From Octopus bimaculoides (Eukaryota): a stretch of DNA of 60,094 nt. A program made the translations under genes and the position numbers. A model generated the notes under the pieces. That model saw only the letters and a list, made by a program, of their open reading frames with translations, searched no databases and was not told the DNA's origin. Every line of letters begins with the position of its first letter. Positions within the stretch are counted from its first letter, which is position 1. This document shows, in pieces, positions 26,491 to 40,887 of this stretch. The DNA lies in contig NC_068991.1 of NCBI RefSeq assembly GCF_001194135.2, forward strand, positions 21,938,954 to 21,999,047, given 5' to 3'.

Positions 26491-27880
26491 AAAGGTGGAA
26501 AAATCATTCATTCATTCATACACTCATACATACATGTGTTACAGATTTGGAAAGACAGACGGACAGGTCATCATTGTTTTAACATCCACTAATCCATGCT
26601 TGTATGAGTCAGGCAATATTCATTGAGGTAGATTTTCTAAGGCTGGACGCCTTCCCTAGTGTGTCCCCTCACCCATTTCCAAGCAAGGTAATATTTCCCT
26701 ATAGCCAGAAATATTTTCCATGGAAACAAACATCAGTTATTCATTTTCACATTTGTTTTTCTATGCTAACATGGGTCAGATGAATACATTATTGAAGTAT
26801 TGTTTTAAAATCAGTGCTCTTCCTGTTGCTATATTCTTACCTGTTTTCCAAATAAGCGATGTCTTATTTTATTGTCTTTGAAAGTATAGAGCCAGCAGAT
26901 GATTTGTTAACATATAAAACAACAACAATGTCACTACTTTTATCTCAGCAATTTTTGGACAAACGCAAGTGTTGACAGACAGATAGACACATACACATAC
27001 TCACTCTCTCTCACACACACACACACACGTGGATGCTCATATGATAGGTTCTTCCAGTTTCTGACCACTAAATCCACTAAAGTAGAAAGTACTCATCCAA
27101 TGTTGCGCAGTGGAACTGAACCTGAAACAATTTGGTTGGGAAGCAAACTTCTAAACCACCCCGCCATATCTGCACCTAAAATACACACACAAGGACATGA
27201 TGCAGCATTTACACACATACATTTGACACACACCATGCCAATATTGGAAAATCTGGTACTTCATTCGCATCACAAGACACCATAATTGTCAACATCCTAC
27301 AGCAAGAATTAAATCATATCCTTGAACAAGACAGTTCATTCATTCACTCCCTCCCTCTCTCTCTCTCTCTCTCTACTTTGCTTACATATTCAAAAAGGCT
27401 TAGATGGGGTTCTAATTTCATATTGGGAATCAAATATACAATACACAAAGAGCTAAATTAGATGGAAACACTTATATCGCCTTTTATAGGTATCAATCTA
27501 CCAGACACTTGTGTTTAGACATTTTGGAGTGGTATGACACCAAACAGTCTTGTATGATTCATTTCCTTGTCAATCCCATTTCACTTTTCTCCCACTGTTG
27601 TTTGCTTTAAGCAGTCAAGATGTCCAAAAATCCTGGCATCATTCATCAACGTCATTATTTAATATTCATTTTCCCTAGCTTGCATGGGTCAGATGGAACT
27701 TGTAGAGTCAAATTTTCTTCAGCTGGATGCCCTTCCTGTCACCAGCCCTCACTTGTTTCCAAGTAATATTTTCCCGTGACCAGACATGAAACTGAACAAT
27801 ATTATCTGTATGACTGTGATACCTCTTTACAACCATCACATGGTTCAAGACAAAAGGCACATACAAACACACTCATTATA

Positions 27881-27927
<47 letters not shown>

Positions 27928-28531
27928 NNNNNNNNNNNNNNNNNNNNNNNNNNNNNNNNNNNNNNNNNNNNNNNNNNNNNNNNNNNNNNNNNNNNNNNNN
28001 NNNNNNNNNNNNNNNNNNNNNNNNNNNNNNNNNNNNNNNNNNNNNNNNNNNNNNNNNNNNNNNNNNNNNNNNNNNNNNNNNNNNNNNNNNNNNNNNNNNN
28101 TATATATATATATATATATATATATTGGTGTCCTACTAGAGCTGGTGCCACTTAAAAAGCATCCAGTCCACACTGTAAAGTGGTTGGCATTTGGAAGGGC
28201 ATCCAGCTGTAAAAACCGTGCCAAAACAAACACAGATGTATGGTGCAGCTCCTGTCAAACCATCCAACCAATGCTAGCATTGAGGGAGAACATTAAACGA
28301 CAAAGACTGACAAACAATATGTGAGAACTGGGTATGCTCAGTAAAGAAAATACATAGTAATGCTCAAAAGGATTTAAACTTAAACTCTGAATTCTTCTTT
28401 ATCTAGAGCAAGGACCACACCATCAATAATGGCTGTAAGAGAAATCCAAATCAAGCTGATATGGAGGTAGTAAAGGGGATAAACGCAGTGAGGCGTGACA
28501 GATATATGCAGCACACACACACACACACATG

Positions 28532-28567
<36 letters not shown>

Positions 28568-28648
28568 GCAGCACAAAAAATACAGAATAAAAGTACAGAA
28601 TAGAATATGAAGAAAATACATAATTTCTTAACTTGACAACTGTTTCAG

Positions 28649-28785
28649 GAAACGTAGAGTTGCATAATAACTATTTATATATTTCATCTGCAAATTATGA
28701 TTATGAAGATTATGGGTATGTAACTGGTAATCAGTCACATGAAGATATTGCATTATGTCTGGCTCCCTTCATCAAGAGGAGATTG
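28649..28785 (+). other. Candidate plus-strand exon or ancient LINE endonuclease remnant: NVELHNNYLYISSANYDYEDYGYVTGNQSHEDIALCLAPFIKRRL
   Basis: Acceptor tgtttcag, donor TTG|gtaaat, 45 open codons; opposite to the inferred host strand. Confidence 0.25.
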
Positions 28786-29722
28786 GTAAATGCAATTTAT
28801 ACAGTAGTGTTAGCAAAAATAAATGGTTAAAGGGGGAGAGGAAACAGAACAAGGTCAAGGCTGAGGGTAAGAGGAGAAAGGTTAATTTCTAAAACATATG
28901 GAGAAAGGAAGAAGGATAGACTAGAAAAAGCAGAGACAAGGGGAGAAGATAAATATGAAACCAGTCTAGTGCAAGGAAATGTCACAGGTGGTAAGGATAA
29001 TGTTAAGCAGACCATAAATCATTTAAGAATGTCAACTGACCAGACAAAGAGGCAGGAAAAGATAATCATTGAGGTGTAGGAGTAGCAGAGAAGGAAAATA
29101 TGTTGAAAGAAAGAGAATATGTTACAAGGAGAGGGATAATTGATACTTGGATAAATAGTAAAGAGATTCAGCGACAAGTAGGAGAAACTATAAAAACTTT
29201 ACATAGAACAACTGTAGAATAAAATTCATGTTTACATGAGAAGATTACATCAGAAAACCTATTGAGTAATGTGGTATTATAATGACATAGAATAGCAAGC
29301 AATTCTCTGTAACAAATTGCAAGCACAATTGTTAGCATTGTATGGGGTACCCTTACAAACTACAGACAGGACAAGGTAAAGGGAATAACCAGGGAGTCAC
29401 TGGTTACATACCCATAACTTTCTCCACATTTCACCTGTAAATTATACTTATTACAATTATGTACATATGGGCTTTCTAAAACAGTTGCTGAGTTAAAAAA
29501 TTGCATATTTTGTTCCATATTTTATTCTGTACATTTTATGCTCCATGTAAATATATTCATATGAAGCCAGTGTTTGTATCCATTACTATATATATATATA
29601 TATATNNNNNNNNNNNNNNNNNNNNNNNNNNNNNNNNNNNNNNNNNNNNNNNNNNNNNNNNNNNNNNNNNNNNNNNNNNNNNNNNNNNNNNNNNNNNNNN
29701 NNNNNNNNNNNNNNNNNNNNNN

Positions 29723-29764
<42 letters not shown>

Positions 29765-30715
29765 TAAGGGGGAGAGAGAGAAAAGGGGGAGAGAGAAATA
29801 CACAAAATGAGCTTCTTTCAGTTTCCATGAACTAAATCTGCTTGCAATGATTTTGGTTGACAGAGGGTTATAGAAGAAGACACTTGTCCAAGGTGTCACA
29901 CAACTCATACTGTTAGGATGGAACTGACCACTTGGCCAAAATATCTGATCATGAGTACAATAGGAGAATACCTCGCTTTTAGGGTTCAATAGCATTTCTA
30001 GGTGGAACAAATACATCATGATAATCCTTTTCTCTGCCAAACAAGATAGCACCTCATCCTACTGTTACCATATGCTCTGCACTTCTCCAATAATCTACTT
30101 AAATTTTATATTGTGCAGTAAAAGAGACTCCACAACTCCATGTTCCTATTCACTTGCCAGCATCTTTACAGGGTGAGTAACATAAGTGAGAGACTAAATG
30201 ATAATGATAAGTAGACTGTGAAACAGAGGGCTGAGTATTAGGGGTACTTGCAGTGATGTCTTAAGGCATGGTCACACTAGGCTGTTGCCAAGGGACCTCA
30301 GAGGTTAGGATGTGGAGTGGGGGAGACATTTCTGACTTATATATGTTGTTGCTTGCTGTCAAAAAAAAATATTATGAGACCCAGTGCATGTCTTATAATG
30401 CTGAGTGCCTATAATACCTATAATGACCTTGGGAATTCAGTATTCTGAGATAGGTTTGTATTTTCAAGGCAACATGACTCAGAGGACAGGTTGAAGACAA
30501 AGTAACGTAACCCAACGAATAGAGCAATGATGGACACCCAGGGTACGAAGGAGAAAAAAGTAGGAATGATTAAGATGGGAGACAAAATGAGACAGAGTTA
30601 TGACAGTGTAAGGGGGAAGGGTGAAGGGAGAGTGTGTTGGCACAGGTAGCATCCTGTGTCTTTGAGTAGTAATTTCATTTCATGTTGTTCCAGTCGACTC
30701 AGTTGAAATCAATAC

Positions 30716-30801
30716 CATCTGAGTGCTGGCACTGCTCTCTCTCTCGCCTTCTGAGATGTTCTGTTGGGGCAATGGTGGGAGGACTGAGAGGGTGGATATG
30801 T
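30716..30801 (-). CDS. Candidate host exon (86 nt): HIHPLSPPTIAPTEHLRRREREQCQHSD if phase 2 to 1
   Basis: Acceptor tttttggtgtctatgtatttgcaaccag; donor ATG|gtattg; GC-rich unique sequence. All three frames are open, so the frame was chosen to join the 32912-32995 exon. Confidence 0.55.
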
Positions 30802-30903
30802 CTGGTTGCAAATACATAGACACCAAAAACAATTAATGAAAGCAGAGTACATGCTACCATGTCAAACTTCCATACTTCATTGCGAGTATGCATACACACA
30901 CGT

Positions 30904-30997
<94 letters not shown>

Positions 30998-31188
30998 TAG
31001 AGAGAGAAAGAGAGAGAGATGGAAGTTTATATGTACAGTGTTGCAGAACAGATAATGACAGGCAGGTTGGCAAAATGGAATTTTCCAAAGAGAGAGGGTA
31101 ATAATATATATTTTAGACCATACAGTATTTCATACCACAACAGGTCATTAACTGACAAGGTGAAAATACAGAAGTTGTGTATGTGTGT

Positions 31189-31260
<72 letters not shown>

Positions 31261-32911
31261 AAAAGTGTGTGTCCCTGTTACTTCACATGAGATTCTTTAT
31301 GGTAATGTCAGCTGATAGGCAACTGGAAGCTCATTGTAGTAGCAGTAATGGCAATGTAACTAGCTTGCACTTGTGGAAATTCATCAAAGTCTTCCACAAC
31401 TTTTGCAGATCTTCTCATTCACAAACATCTATAATTTAGAAGTATGTACACATACACACACATACATACTTCCTACAGTTTCTGTCTACCAAATTCACTT
31501 ACAAGGCATAGGTTGACTGGGAGCTTTAGTAGAGTGGGACTGAGATATTTGCCAGCCATGGGTGGTTTTCCCCACTTCCCAATACATCCCCTTAAAGCTT
31601 CTATTTGCTGAGCCCCAATTTCACCTCTTCAGCACCCTTTCCTTAATCATTCACCCCAGTCATTCATTCCTCTCACTCATCTCCATCACTCAATCTCTCT
31701 ATCACTCATCTCTGTCAAACATCTTCCCTTGACTTACACTTTCCATTCATTGTTCCTCCAGTTCACTGCACCATACAACCCATCTAGTCAGAAATAACAT
31801 GAAATCTTGTAGATCCTTTCATCCATTTTCCATGCTGGGATGGGTTAGATGGTTTTACCGGAGTAGGTAAGCCAGAAAACTACACCAAGCTCCAATCATC
31901 TGTTATGGCTTGGTTTCTATGATTGGATGCCTTTTCTAATACCAATCATTTTAGAGAGTGTTTCTTTTATGCATCATGGGCATGAGTGCTTTTATGTGTC
32001 ACATGCATGGATACCTTTATGTGTAACTGGCTACAACCAGGATTTCACTTAGATTGATGAGTCTTCTCATGCACAGCAAATTGCCAGAAGTTTCAGTCAC
32101 TTGTCATCACTTCTATGCAGTTAGACTCAACAACTGAACATCATATTTCACCACCTTGTCCCACATCATCCTGGATCTACCTCTTCCTCAAGTCCCTTCC
32201 ACAAGTAGAGATACAAACAATAAAAACAAGTAAACTTGAATGAAACTAAATAACGTAATTTTCATATACTCATGGTCATAAAAACAACTGCAGCAAAGGA
32301 TAAAAGTCCTATTAGAAATTAAGAATTTAAAGAAAAATATACAATATAAAAACAAGAAGGGCATCTAGCCATTGAAAATCTGCTACAATAAACTTCAACT
32401 GGCCTATGCAAGCATGGAATAGTGGGCATTAAATGATGATCACACACACACAATTATATATGCTACACAGTAATCACACATCTTTTATATCTTCAGTAGA
32501 ACACTACAAGTTTGAGGTAGAAACGAAGAGACATAGTAGTGGATTAAATTAACCCCAATATTTTGACTGGTACTTTATAGTTTCAACCCTGCTACCCACC
32601 TGCCTGAGACAATGAAAGGCAAAGTTGACATCTGGGGATTTGAACTTGGAATATAAAAGGGTCTAAACATACACTGCAAAAAATTTTTTTATCTGTCACT
32701 TTACCACTTCTGTCACCCAGCATCATGATACCCTGATGAATGAGGCAGTTTGGTAGGTGATACCCCACCCACCACCACCACCACTGAAAGCAAAAGATGC
32801 TGCACTTCCATAATGTATATTATTGGAGCATTATGAGATTTACAACCATGGAGTTGGGTTGGTATCCTACCATGGAGATTAATAGTATAACAGGTGAATA
32901 TAATAACTTAC

Positions 32912-32995
32912 CGCTTTTCAGATTTGCCATGGCGATCAATATAATAGATTTCATTCATATTTGGTATATATATGTTTGTTACTTTTGCAAAAGAT
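32912..32995 (-). CDS. Candidate host exon (84 nt, phase 2 to 2): SFAKVTNIYIPNMNEIYYIDRHGKSEK
   Basis: Acceptor atatttctacatataccatag; donor GCG|gtaagt; only one frame is open. Confidence 0.6.
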
Positions 32996-34042
32996 CTATG
33001 GTATATGTAGAAATATGTCTATATATATGTATTGAGGTTCTATATATATATGTAAGTGTTAATAGTTATGTATATGAATGCATTGTATATATTATATATA
33101 TATAACTATATGATTGTACATATACAGAAATGTATATGTGTCTTGAATGTCCTTATATCTATATTTATTTATATATACATAGGTATTTATAGTTATGTAT
33201 ATAAATGCATTATATATTCATTATATATGTAAATCTATATGTGTGTGCCTAGAAGCACACAAGAATGTATGAGGCTTCAGTGTCTATAAAACGCTTAATA
33301 TATGTATGAAATGTATATATGTATTGATGTGTATGTATGTATGTCTATAGTTATGTATATGAACACATTGTAGATATTGTATGAGAGTGCCTAAAAATGT
33401 ATGTATACAGTAATGTGGGTGTGTGTTGAGTGTCTACGTGGACTTGAGTTTACATGTAAGTATGTATGGAAAGATGTATATGTATGTATATCTATGTACA
33501 TATATATATGGTATTAAAGAATGGTAGAATGATTCCTTAAGGAGAAAAAAAAGACAGTTTTAGACAGCAATAATTCTTTAGAATAGAAACATCTTTTACA
33601 AGTAAAGAATATATTCCATCTGTTTCAGAAATAACATTGAAATATTTGTTGTATCAATGAACTTCCAAGAATGCATCCATGGCAATATATCCAATTATTT
33701 CATCGGAAATCTCCAAATCACACAGGAAACTGGTAAAAGTTCGACACTAAGTGTTTGATGTCAGTGGTGGTGTTGGTGGTGGTAGTGGTGGTGATTTGGT
33801 GTGGTGCTATTGTTACTATTATTTTTGGTGTGGTTGTAGTGAAGTGGTGGTGGTGTTGTTGTTGATGGTGGTGGTGGTGGTGGTGTGGTGCTCTTGGTGG
33901 CGGTGGTGAGTTTGTAATCCAATAAAAAGCAGTTATTCTTTTTTCTTATTCTTTCTGATAAAGAAAGAAAGGTTTGCTCAATGCTGTTGTTTGCACTCAA
34001 ATTACTTGACTGTCCAAAGTGAGAGAGAGAGGGGGAGAGAGA

Positions 34043-34073
<31 letters not shown>

Positions 34074-34210
34074 GGAGAGTTAAATTATGTGTGTGAATAT
34101 GTGTATGGGTGTAAATGTGTGTATATAGATGTGAGTGCATGTATATGAAAGTGAGTGTGTGAAGGCATGTCTGAGTGTGTGAGCATGAGTGGGTATATAT
34201 GGGTATGTGA

Positions 34211-34243
<33 letters not shown>

Positions 34244-35466
34244 NNNNNNNNNNGTGTGTGTGTGTGTGTGTGTGTGTGTGCGTAAGTAAATGCCCACACT
34301 TGTGTATGTGTGTGTGTGTGTGTGGTTTGCTGGTTTAGTAATCAACTGAAACGAAAACCACAGCAACAACAAATACGTAGATAACAACAACAACAATTAA
34401 CACAACAGTAGAAAAAATTTCCACCACCACCACTACAACTGTCAAGATCCACAACAACTACAAAAATAAAGTAAATCTATAATGACAAGAGTAACAATCA
34501 CGACAACAGCAACAGAACGAACCAGCAACAGTACCACCACCACCACCACCACCACCATAACAACAATGTCCAAAAATGTTGGTGTTGCTTTAGGTTATCA
34601 TTAATGGTCAGTAGCAACTTGGTGTGATGGCCATGATTAATCTACCTCCACCCCCACCCCCTATTTATCATTCATCCCCTACTGCATGACCCACCATCTG
34701 TCTCCTCTTCCTTGAGGAATTAATCACCTTTCATTTGTGTGGCTGTCTGTGGAAAGTTGGCAGCATAACCTGCTGTACTACATAATGTAAACGCATACCA
34801 CATTCTACTGAGTACACATATATGCATAACAAATACATACATATGTACATGCATACTCACTCACTCACACACACACACACACAAATTAAGGTGAGTACTG
34901 ACTCAAGTCCTAGGACTCATTGGTCTGGTCACCCAGTTTTCATGGCATATAAGTATAAATGACCAAGATCACAGCATTCTCCTTGAATGGCATTCCAGTC
35001 CACCCCAGGGTTACTCATTTGAAGCTGAGTAGAGTAGGGCAGTATGAATGAAGAGTTTTGCTCAAGAACACACACACTGGGGACCAAAACCACAGTCTTG
35101 TGATCATGATTATATAACATCCTAACCACTAGGTTGTATGCCTTCCTTCCTTCCTACATTCATACATACATGCAAGCATGCTCCAAATACTGCACATATA
35201 CACACATACATGCAAAAATACTCAGTTGATGTTGAAATTCCAGTGATGGAGCCTTGGATCTAGGTTAGAAACCAGCTCATTCTCTGTTAGCAAGAAATCT
35301 TGAAATAAACTAAATAACACATACACACACACACATATGTATGATGACTACAACTGGATTTCAAGTAACGCTGTGGCTCGATTGTTACTCCAAACATGAT
35401 CAACACAGATGTGGTTTTTCACTCCTTCTTCCTCTGTTTATTTTCCAAGACCATACAACACAACCT

Positions 35467-35830
35467 GTGGAGGCGCAATGGCCCAGTGGTTAGGGCAATG
35501 GACTCGCGGTCATAGGATCGCGGTTTCGATTCCCAGACCGGGCGTTGTGAGTGTTTATTGAGCCAAAACACCTAAAGCTCCACGAGGCTCCAGCAGGGGA
35601 TGGTGACGAACCCTACTGTACTCTTTCACCACAACTTTCTCTCACTCTTTCTTCCTGTTTCTGTTGTGCCTGTAATTCAAAGGGTCAGCCTTGTCACACT
35701 GTGTCACGCTGAATATCCCCGAGATGAAATGCTCAGCCACTTGCATGTTAATTTCACGAGCAGGCTGTTCCGTTGATCTGATCAACTGGAACCCCCGATG
35801 TCATAAGCGAGGCAGTGCCAACAACAACAA
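35467..35830 (+). mobile_element. SINE family A with internal deletion
   Basis: tRNA-like head; (CAA)n tail; caacacaacc at 35456-35465 and 35831-35840 (probable TSD). Confidence 0.88.
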
Positions 35831-35884
35831 CAACACAACCACATGAAAACCACCATACATTACATTGTATATCAATAGTTATGA

Positions 35885-36165
35885 CAACAACGGTTGTAGT
35901 CGATCTGGTCAACAGAACAGCCTGCTTGTGAAAATAACATACAAGTGGCTGAGCACTCCACTGACACATATACTCTTCATGTTGTTCTCAGGGAGATGCA
36001 GCATGACACAATGTGGCAAAGCTGACCCTCTGAAATTCAGATACTGCTCATTTTTGCCAGCTGAGTGGACTGGAGCAATGTGAAATAAAGTGTCTTGCTC
36101 AAAGACAGAACTCAAGACCTTATGATCATGAGCCAAATGTCCTTAACCATTAGGCCACATGCCTT
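35885..36165 (-). mobile_element. SINE family A', tail-to-tail with the preceding copy
   Basis: Reverse complement of the module shared by families A and A'. Confidence 0.8.
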
Positions 36166-37689
36166 CATACTGTAATGTGTAAATAAGGAATAATTTTTTG
36201 AAAAATACCAATGTACTGTAGGTTTTAATGATGGTTGTTTGGCAAACAAAAATGACAATAAACTGTCTTCATAAAGTATGCAAAGCACATCTTTTTGAAA
36301 TCTATTGTTTACAGACACAGTATACTAACCTACACTAAGCCACTTCATCCTATACTACAATACATCACATGAGGCAATAGCATCTAAAATCTCCCTCAAA
36401 TCACACCCCAAATAAATGGATCTTGGTAAGAATTTCCAAGCATAAGTTTGGAACTACCAAGCTCTTTGAATTAACATGTACATGGCTGAGTATTCCACAG
36501 ACATAAGTACTTGTAACATAATACTCAGGCAAAGATAACATGAGAAAGTTTGAAATAAGATTGAACTTTTGAACTACATGTACAATCCATCCAGCGAGCT
36601 TCTATATAGTTTCTGTTTACCAAAATTCACTGACAAATTTGGAGTCAATTTGGAGCTACTGTAAAAGGCACTTGACTAAGAGGCCACAGTGGGTGTGAAC
36701 CCGAGAACTTGTGATTGAATGGTTAAGAAGCTAACATGCTGTGTCTAACATGCTGTGTCTAGACACAGCATGTTATCTTCTTAACCAGTTCTGGTGCCAT
36801 GAAAAAAGCACCCAATACATTCTGTAAAGTGGTTGGTGCTAGAAAGAGCATCCAATTGTTGAAACCATGCCAAAGCAAACATTGGAACTCTGCACAACCC
36901 TCTGGTTCATCAGTACATGTTGAATTGCCCAATCCATACCAGCATGGAAAGGGGGCGTTAAATGATGTGTGTGTGTGTGTGTGTGTGTGTTATAGGTACA
37001 GCCTAACAGGGTTTCACACAGTTTTTGCCTACCAAATTTCATTCACAAGTCTTGTGTTGATATGAGGGTCTGTGGTAGAAGTTACTCGTTCAAGGTGTCA
37101 AGTAGTGTGATTAAACAAACCCAAGACCTTACGATTGAAAAAATGAACTTGTTAACCTTTCAGCCAAGCCTGTTTCTACATTAAACCACTACAGAATCGC
37201 CTTCACACTATACCTTTTACATCATTATTCTTCACATTACACCATGCTACAACACAGTACAGTGCATCATATATTACACTCTATGACACCCATACTTCAT
37301 CCCAGTGTCATACTGCACTATCATCCATACTATGAAAGAACCTCCAATACCAGACAGGCAAGAAATAGAAACTAAGTCACCCTCGAATTATACATGTTGA
37401 CATTTTAAAATAGGAAAGAGACAATAAATAATGTAGTTCTAATAAACTATATCTGGAAAAAATAATTGGAAGTGTCATAGATGGGATTACTTTTTTAATT
37501 AATCAAATATGACTTGGGACTAAACAACAATAACAACACACCTTTTTTTACGTTATACAGAAACCACTCAAAGTTAATGACCTGGAAATTAAAAAAAAAG
37601 TTATATAACTAGGGTGTAACTCAGTAATCTTGATGCCCAGAATATGACCCGGTTATGACAAATAAGTAATGTATGTATGTACTATACTG

Positions 37690-38010
37690 GCACTCTGTTG
37701 GTTACAATGACACGGGTTCTAGTTGATCCGATTAATGGAACAGCCTACTTGTGAAATTAATGTTCAAGTGGCTGAGACTCCACAGATACATGGACCCATA
37801 ACATAGTTCTCAGGGAGATTCAGTGTGACACAGAGTATGACAAAGCTAGCCCTTTGAAATACAGGTTCTACTCACTTTTACCAGCTGAGTGGACTGGAGC
37901 AATGTGAAATAAAGTGTCTTGTTCAAGGATGCAATGCATCGCCAGGAATTGAACTCATGACATTGTGATCATGAGCTGAATACCCTAACCACTAAGCCAC
38001 ATGCCTTCAC
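37690..38010 (-). mobile_element. SINE family A', near full length
   Basis: From ggcactctgttggttac to the head ...ccctaaccactaagccacatgcct. Confidence 0.8.
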
Positions 38011-38480
38011 AATAAGTAATGTATATAAGATCAATATATTTTAGTCTACTAGGGGAGTGGGGAGGGTTATTGGATGAATTATTAGAGTATCAGACTAAAT
38101 ACCTTGCAATATTTACTTCAACTCATTTTCTTTTGAATACGCAACCTGCCTAGGTCAAGTTTGTCTTCCATTGATCTGGGATCAATAAAATAAAGTGCAA
38201 GTCAAATACTGGAGTCAATATAATTGACTGTTGCTCTCCTCCTCTTTCTTTTACCAAAATATTTTTGGCTTTATGCTTATATTTGGAACAAATATTTCAG
38301 CCCATTCTGGTGTGAAAATAAATTTGATGAAATTTGGGCTACATAAAATGTTTGTGTTACTTGCAGTTTTTCTTTCAGATTTTGCTGCACCATGTCATAT
38401 TTTTCTGAGAGAAGGCCTTTCTCTCCTAAGTTTTGTTGGTTTTAAATTGTCAGCCTCAGGCAGCCCACTTATACATACCT

Positions 38481-39010
38481 TCCTTCATTGGACACTAAAT
38501 TCCGCTTGCGAAGAACTGTTGAGGCAAGTGAGATCGAAATTGAATTAAATTCGACGACTGGCACCCATGCCAACGCCGTCTCCTTCATTGGAAACGAAAC
38601 TCGGCTTGCGAAGACCTATTGGGGCAAGCGAAAGCGAAACCGTCAATGGCACCTGTGCCCAACATCGCCTTCCTGGCACTTGTGCCGGATGGTATGTGTA
38701 AAGATATTCGAGCAAGATCATTGCCAGTACCACTGGACTGGCTCCTGTGCAGGTGGCATGTAAAATACACCATTTTGAGCATGGCCGTTGCCAGTACCGC
38801 CTGACTGGCCTTCGTGCGGGTGACACGTAAAAGCACCCACTACACTCTCAGAGTGGTTGGCGTTAGGAAGGGCATCCAGCTGTAGAAACTCTGCCAAATC
38901 AGATTGGAGCCTGGTATAGCCATCTGGTTCACCAGTCTTCAGTCAAATCGTCCAACCCATGCTAGCATGGAAAGCGGACGTTAAACGATGATGATGATGA
39001 TGATGATGAT
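38481..39010 (+). mobile_element. RTE LINE 3' UTR fragment with (GAT)n tail
   Basis: 38760-39010 matches the 3' UTRs of the 9583 and 15380 RTE copies; extra upstream modules start at 38481 and 38581. Confidence 0.8.
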
Positions 39011-39989
39011 AATGATTTTCTAATGTTGTTTTTTAATCTGTTTAGCATAGGATCCTCTACCAAGAGCTTGCACCCTGCTGGTACTGCCGTTAGGGTTATT
39101 GAGGCATATAAATAACCACATCAAAACAAGGACTGGAACTAAAATCCTTCTAGAATTTTCTTTCAGGGCTACAAATTGAATCTCAATCACAATAATATTA
39201 CTTCCCCTGCCAACTTCAGTAGCTAGGCCTTGCCTTTTCACCTTTTGCTTATTAATTACAAAAGATTTGCCAACAAGGAATGAGATAACTATGTAATCAG
39301 TAACAATTAAGTCAGACAAAACTAACATTAGATGTACTGTCATATGGGAAGGGCAATCATTACCCACCCACATATGCACACACACATATATATATGTTCA
39401 TCCATCTATACACACACACATACAAACATACATATGTAAAAACAAACATACATGCTTGCATACACCAACACACACAAATACAGACATATATATACATGTA
39501 TATACACATACATTCAAACAAGTACACAAATAGACATACATACTAAAAAACAAACACACATACACAAACACACACATACAGATGTACATACACATGTACA
39601 ATATAAATACACATACATATTCACACACACACACACACACACACATCATTATCCACATACAACCTGCAGCTTTGAAACAATAAGTCAAGTTCCACAGTTC
39701 AGTTCCTCTCACCACCACCACCACCACCACCATATCTGGATGTGTCATGTTATATACACTCCATATCATTCACCTTCACATTCATTAACCACCAAAACAC
39801 CCTGAGCCAAAGAAAGAATTTCTAAGTGGTTACATGACCTGCTAGAAATAACAACCAAGTACTCCTCAAATCACACCCTTAAATAAGTGCAAGTCACATT
39901 ACCTAATATAGTCCTACATAAACATAAAATAAACCACTTGGGGAAATGACACCCACCTTTCTTTTTTACTTATTGTGTCTGGAGGGAGG

Positions 39990-40150
39990 GGGTAGATCCC
40001 TTAATCTTTGCAATCCCTCCACAACTAGTGAGACTGATGATGTTAATGTTCAGTTTAAACTGCTGCAAGTCAGCATCCACAGGAAAGGCTTGAACTGAGA
40101 GGAGATTCCAGAGGGTCAATGTTCTGAAGAAGAAGGATTGGAAATAATTC
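39990..40150 (-). mobile_element. CR1/Jockey-group LINE ORF2 C-terminal remnant
   Basis: Translates SFFFRTLTLWNLLSVQAFPVDADLQQFKLNIN, matching the typical SFxPRTxxLWNxLP...FKxxIN end. Confidence 0.6.
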
Positions 40151-40353
40151 TTTTACTTGTTTCAGTCATTAGATTGTGGCCATGCTGNNNNNNNNNNNNN
40201 NNNNNNNNNNNNNNNNNNNNNNNNNNNNNNNNNNNNNNNNNNNNNNNNNNNNNNNNNNNNNNNNNNNNNNNNNNNNNNNNNNNNNNNTTAAAATTAAATT
40301 AAGTTTCACAGAATAAAATATATATAAATATATAGTTCTTTTCCTTAAAACTA

Positions 40354-40392
<39 letters not shown>

Positions 40393-40887
40393 ATAACACA
40401 CACATACACACCTGACAGGCTTCCTTCAATTTCTGTCTACCAAATCCACTCACCAGGCTTTGATCAGCTGAAGGCTTATAGTAGTAGACCCTTGCCCAAG
40501 GCACCACACAGTGGGACAATTTGGGAGTTCCATGTTGTTGGAAAGGCAACACTTAGCCATACCATTTTTCTTTTAATGCTGTCAAACAAGTTGGAATGGC
40601 CTCCTTTGAGGATACTCTCGAGTTCTCCATGTATGGAATCAATATAGGCTCAGCGTGTAGCATCATGGGCTACTCAACCCAAAGAAAATTCTAAACGGGC
40701 CCCACCTGCAAAGACATGCACTGTTTATCTTGATATAAGGTAACCAAGTTGCACACATATGGTTGTGATGCATGTGCCTGGTGTACTCTTATCAGACATG
40801 TAGTCACAATGGGTATAATGGGCTTCGTATATTTTACCCCAGTGTCACTTTGATGGCATGCACTGCTCTCTCACTCAATAATAATAA

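Noticed and set aside
30693-30791. Plus-strand exon STQLKSIPSECWHCSLSRLL
   Set aside because: Its acceptor comes from an antisense SINE fragment; the minus-strand exon is better supported
32912-32940. IDRHGKSE as a histidine-phosphatase RHG motif
   Set aside because: Spacing differs from the LxRHG consensus and no other motifs were found
38500-38545. Hammerhead-like CTGTTGA...GAAA
   Set aside because: The invariant A6 is replaced by T and the stems are not supported
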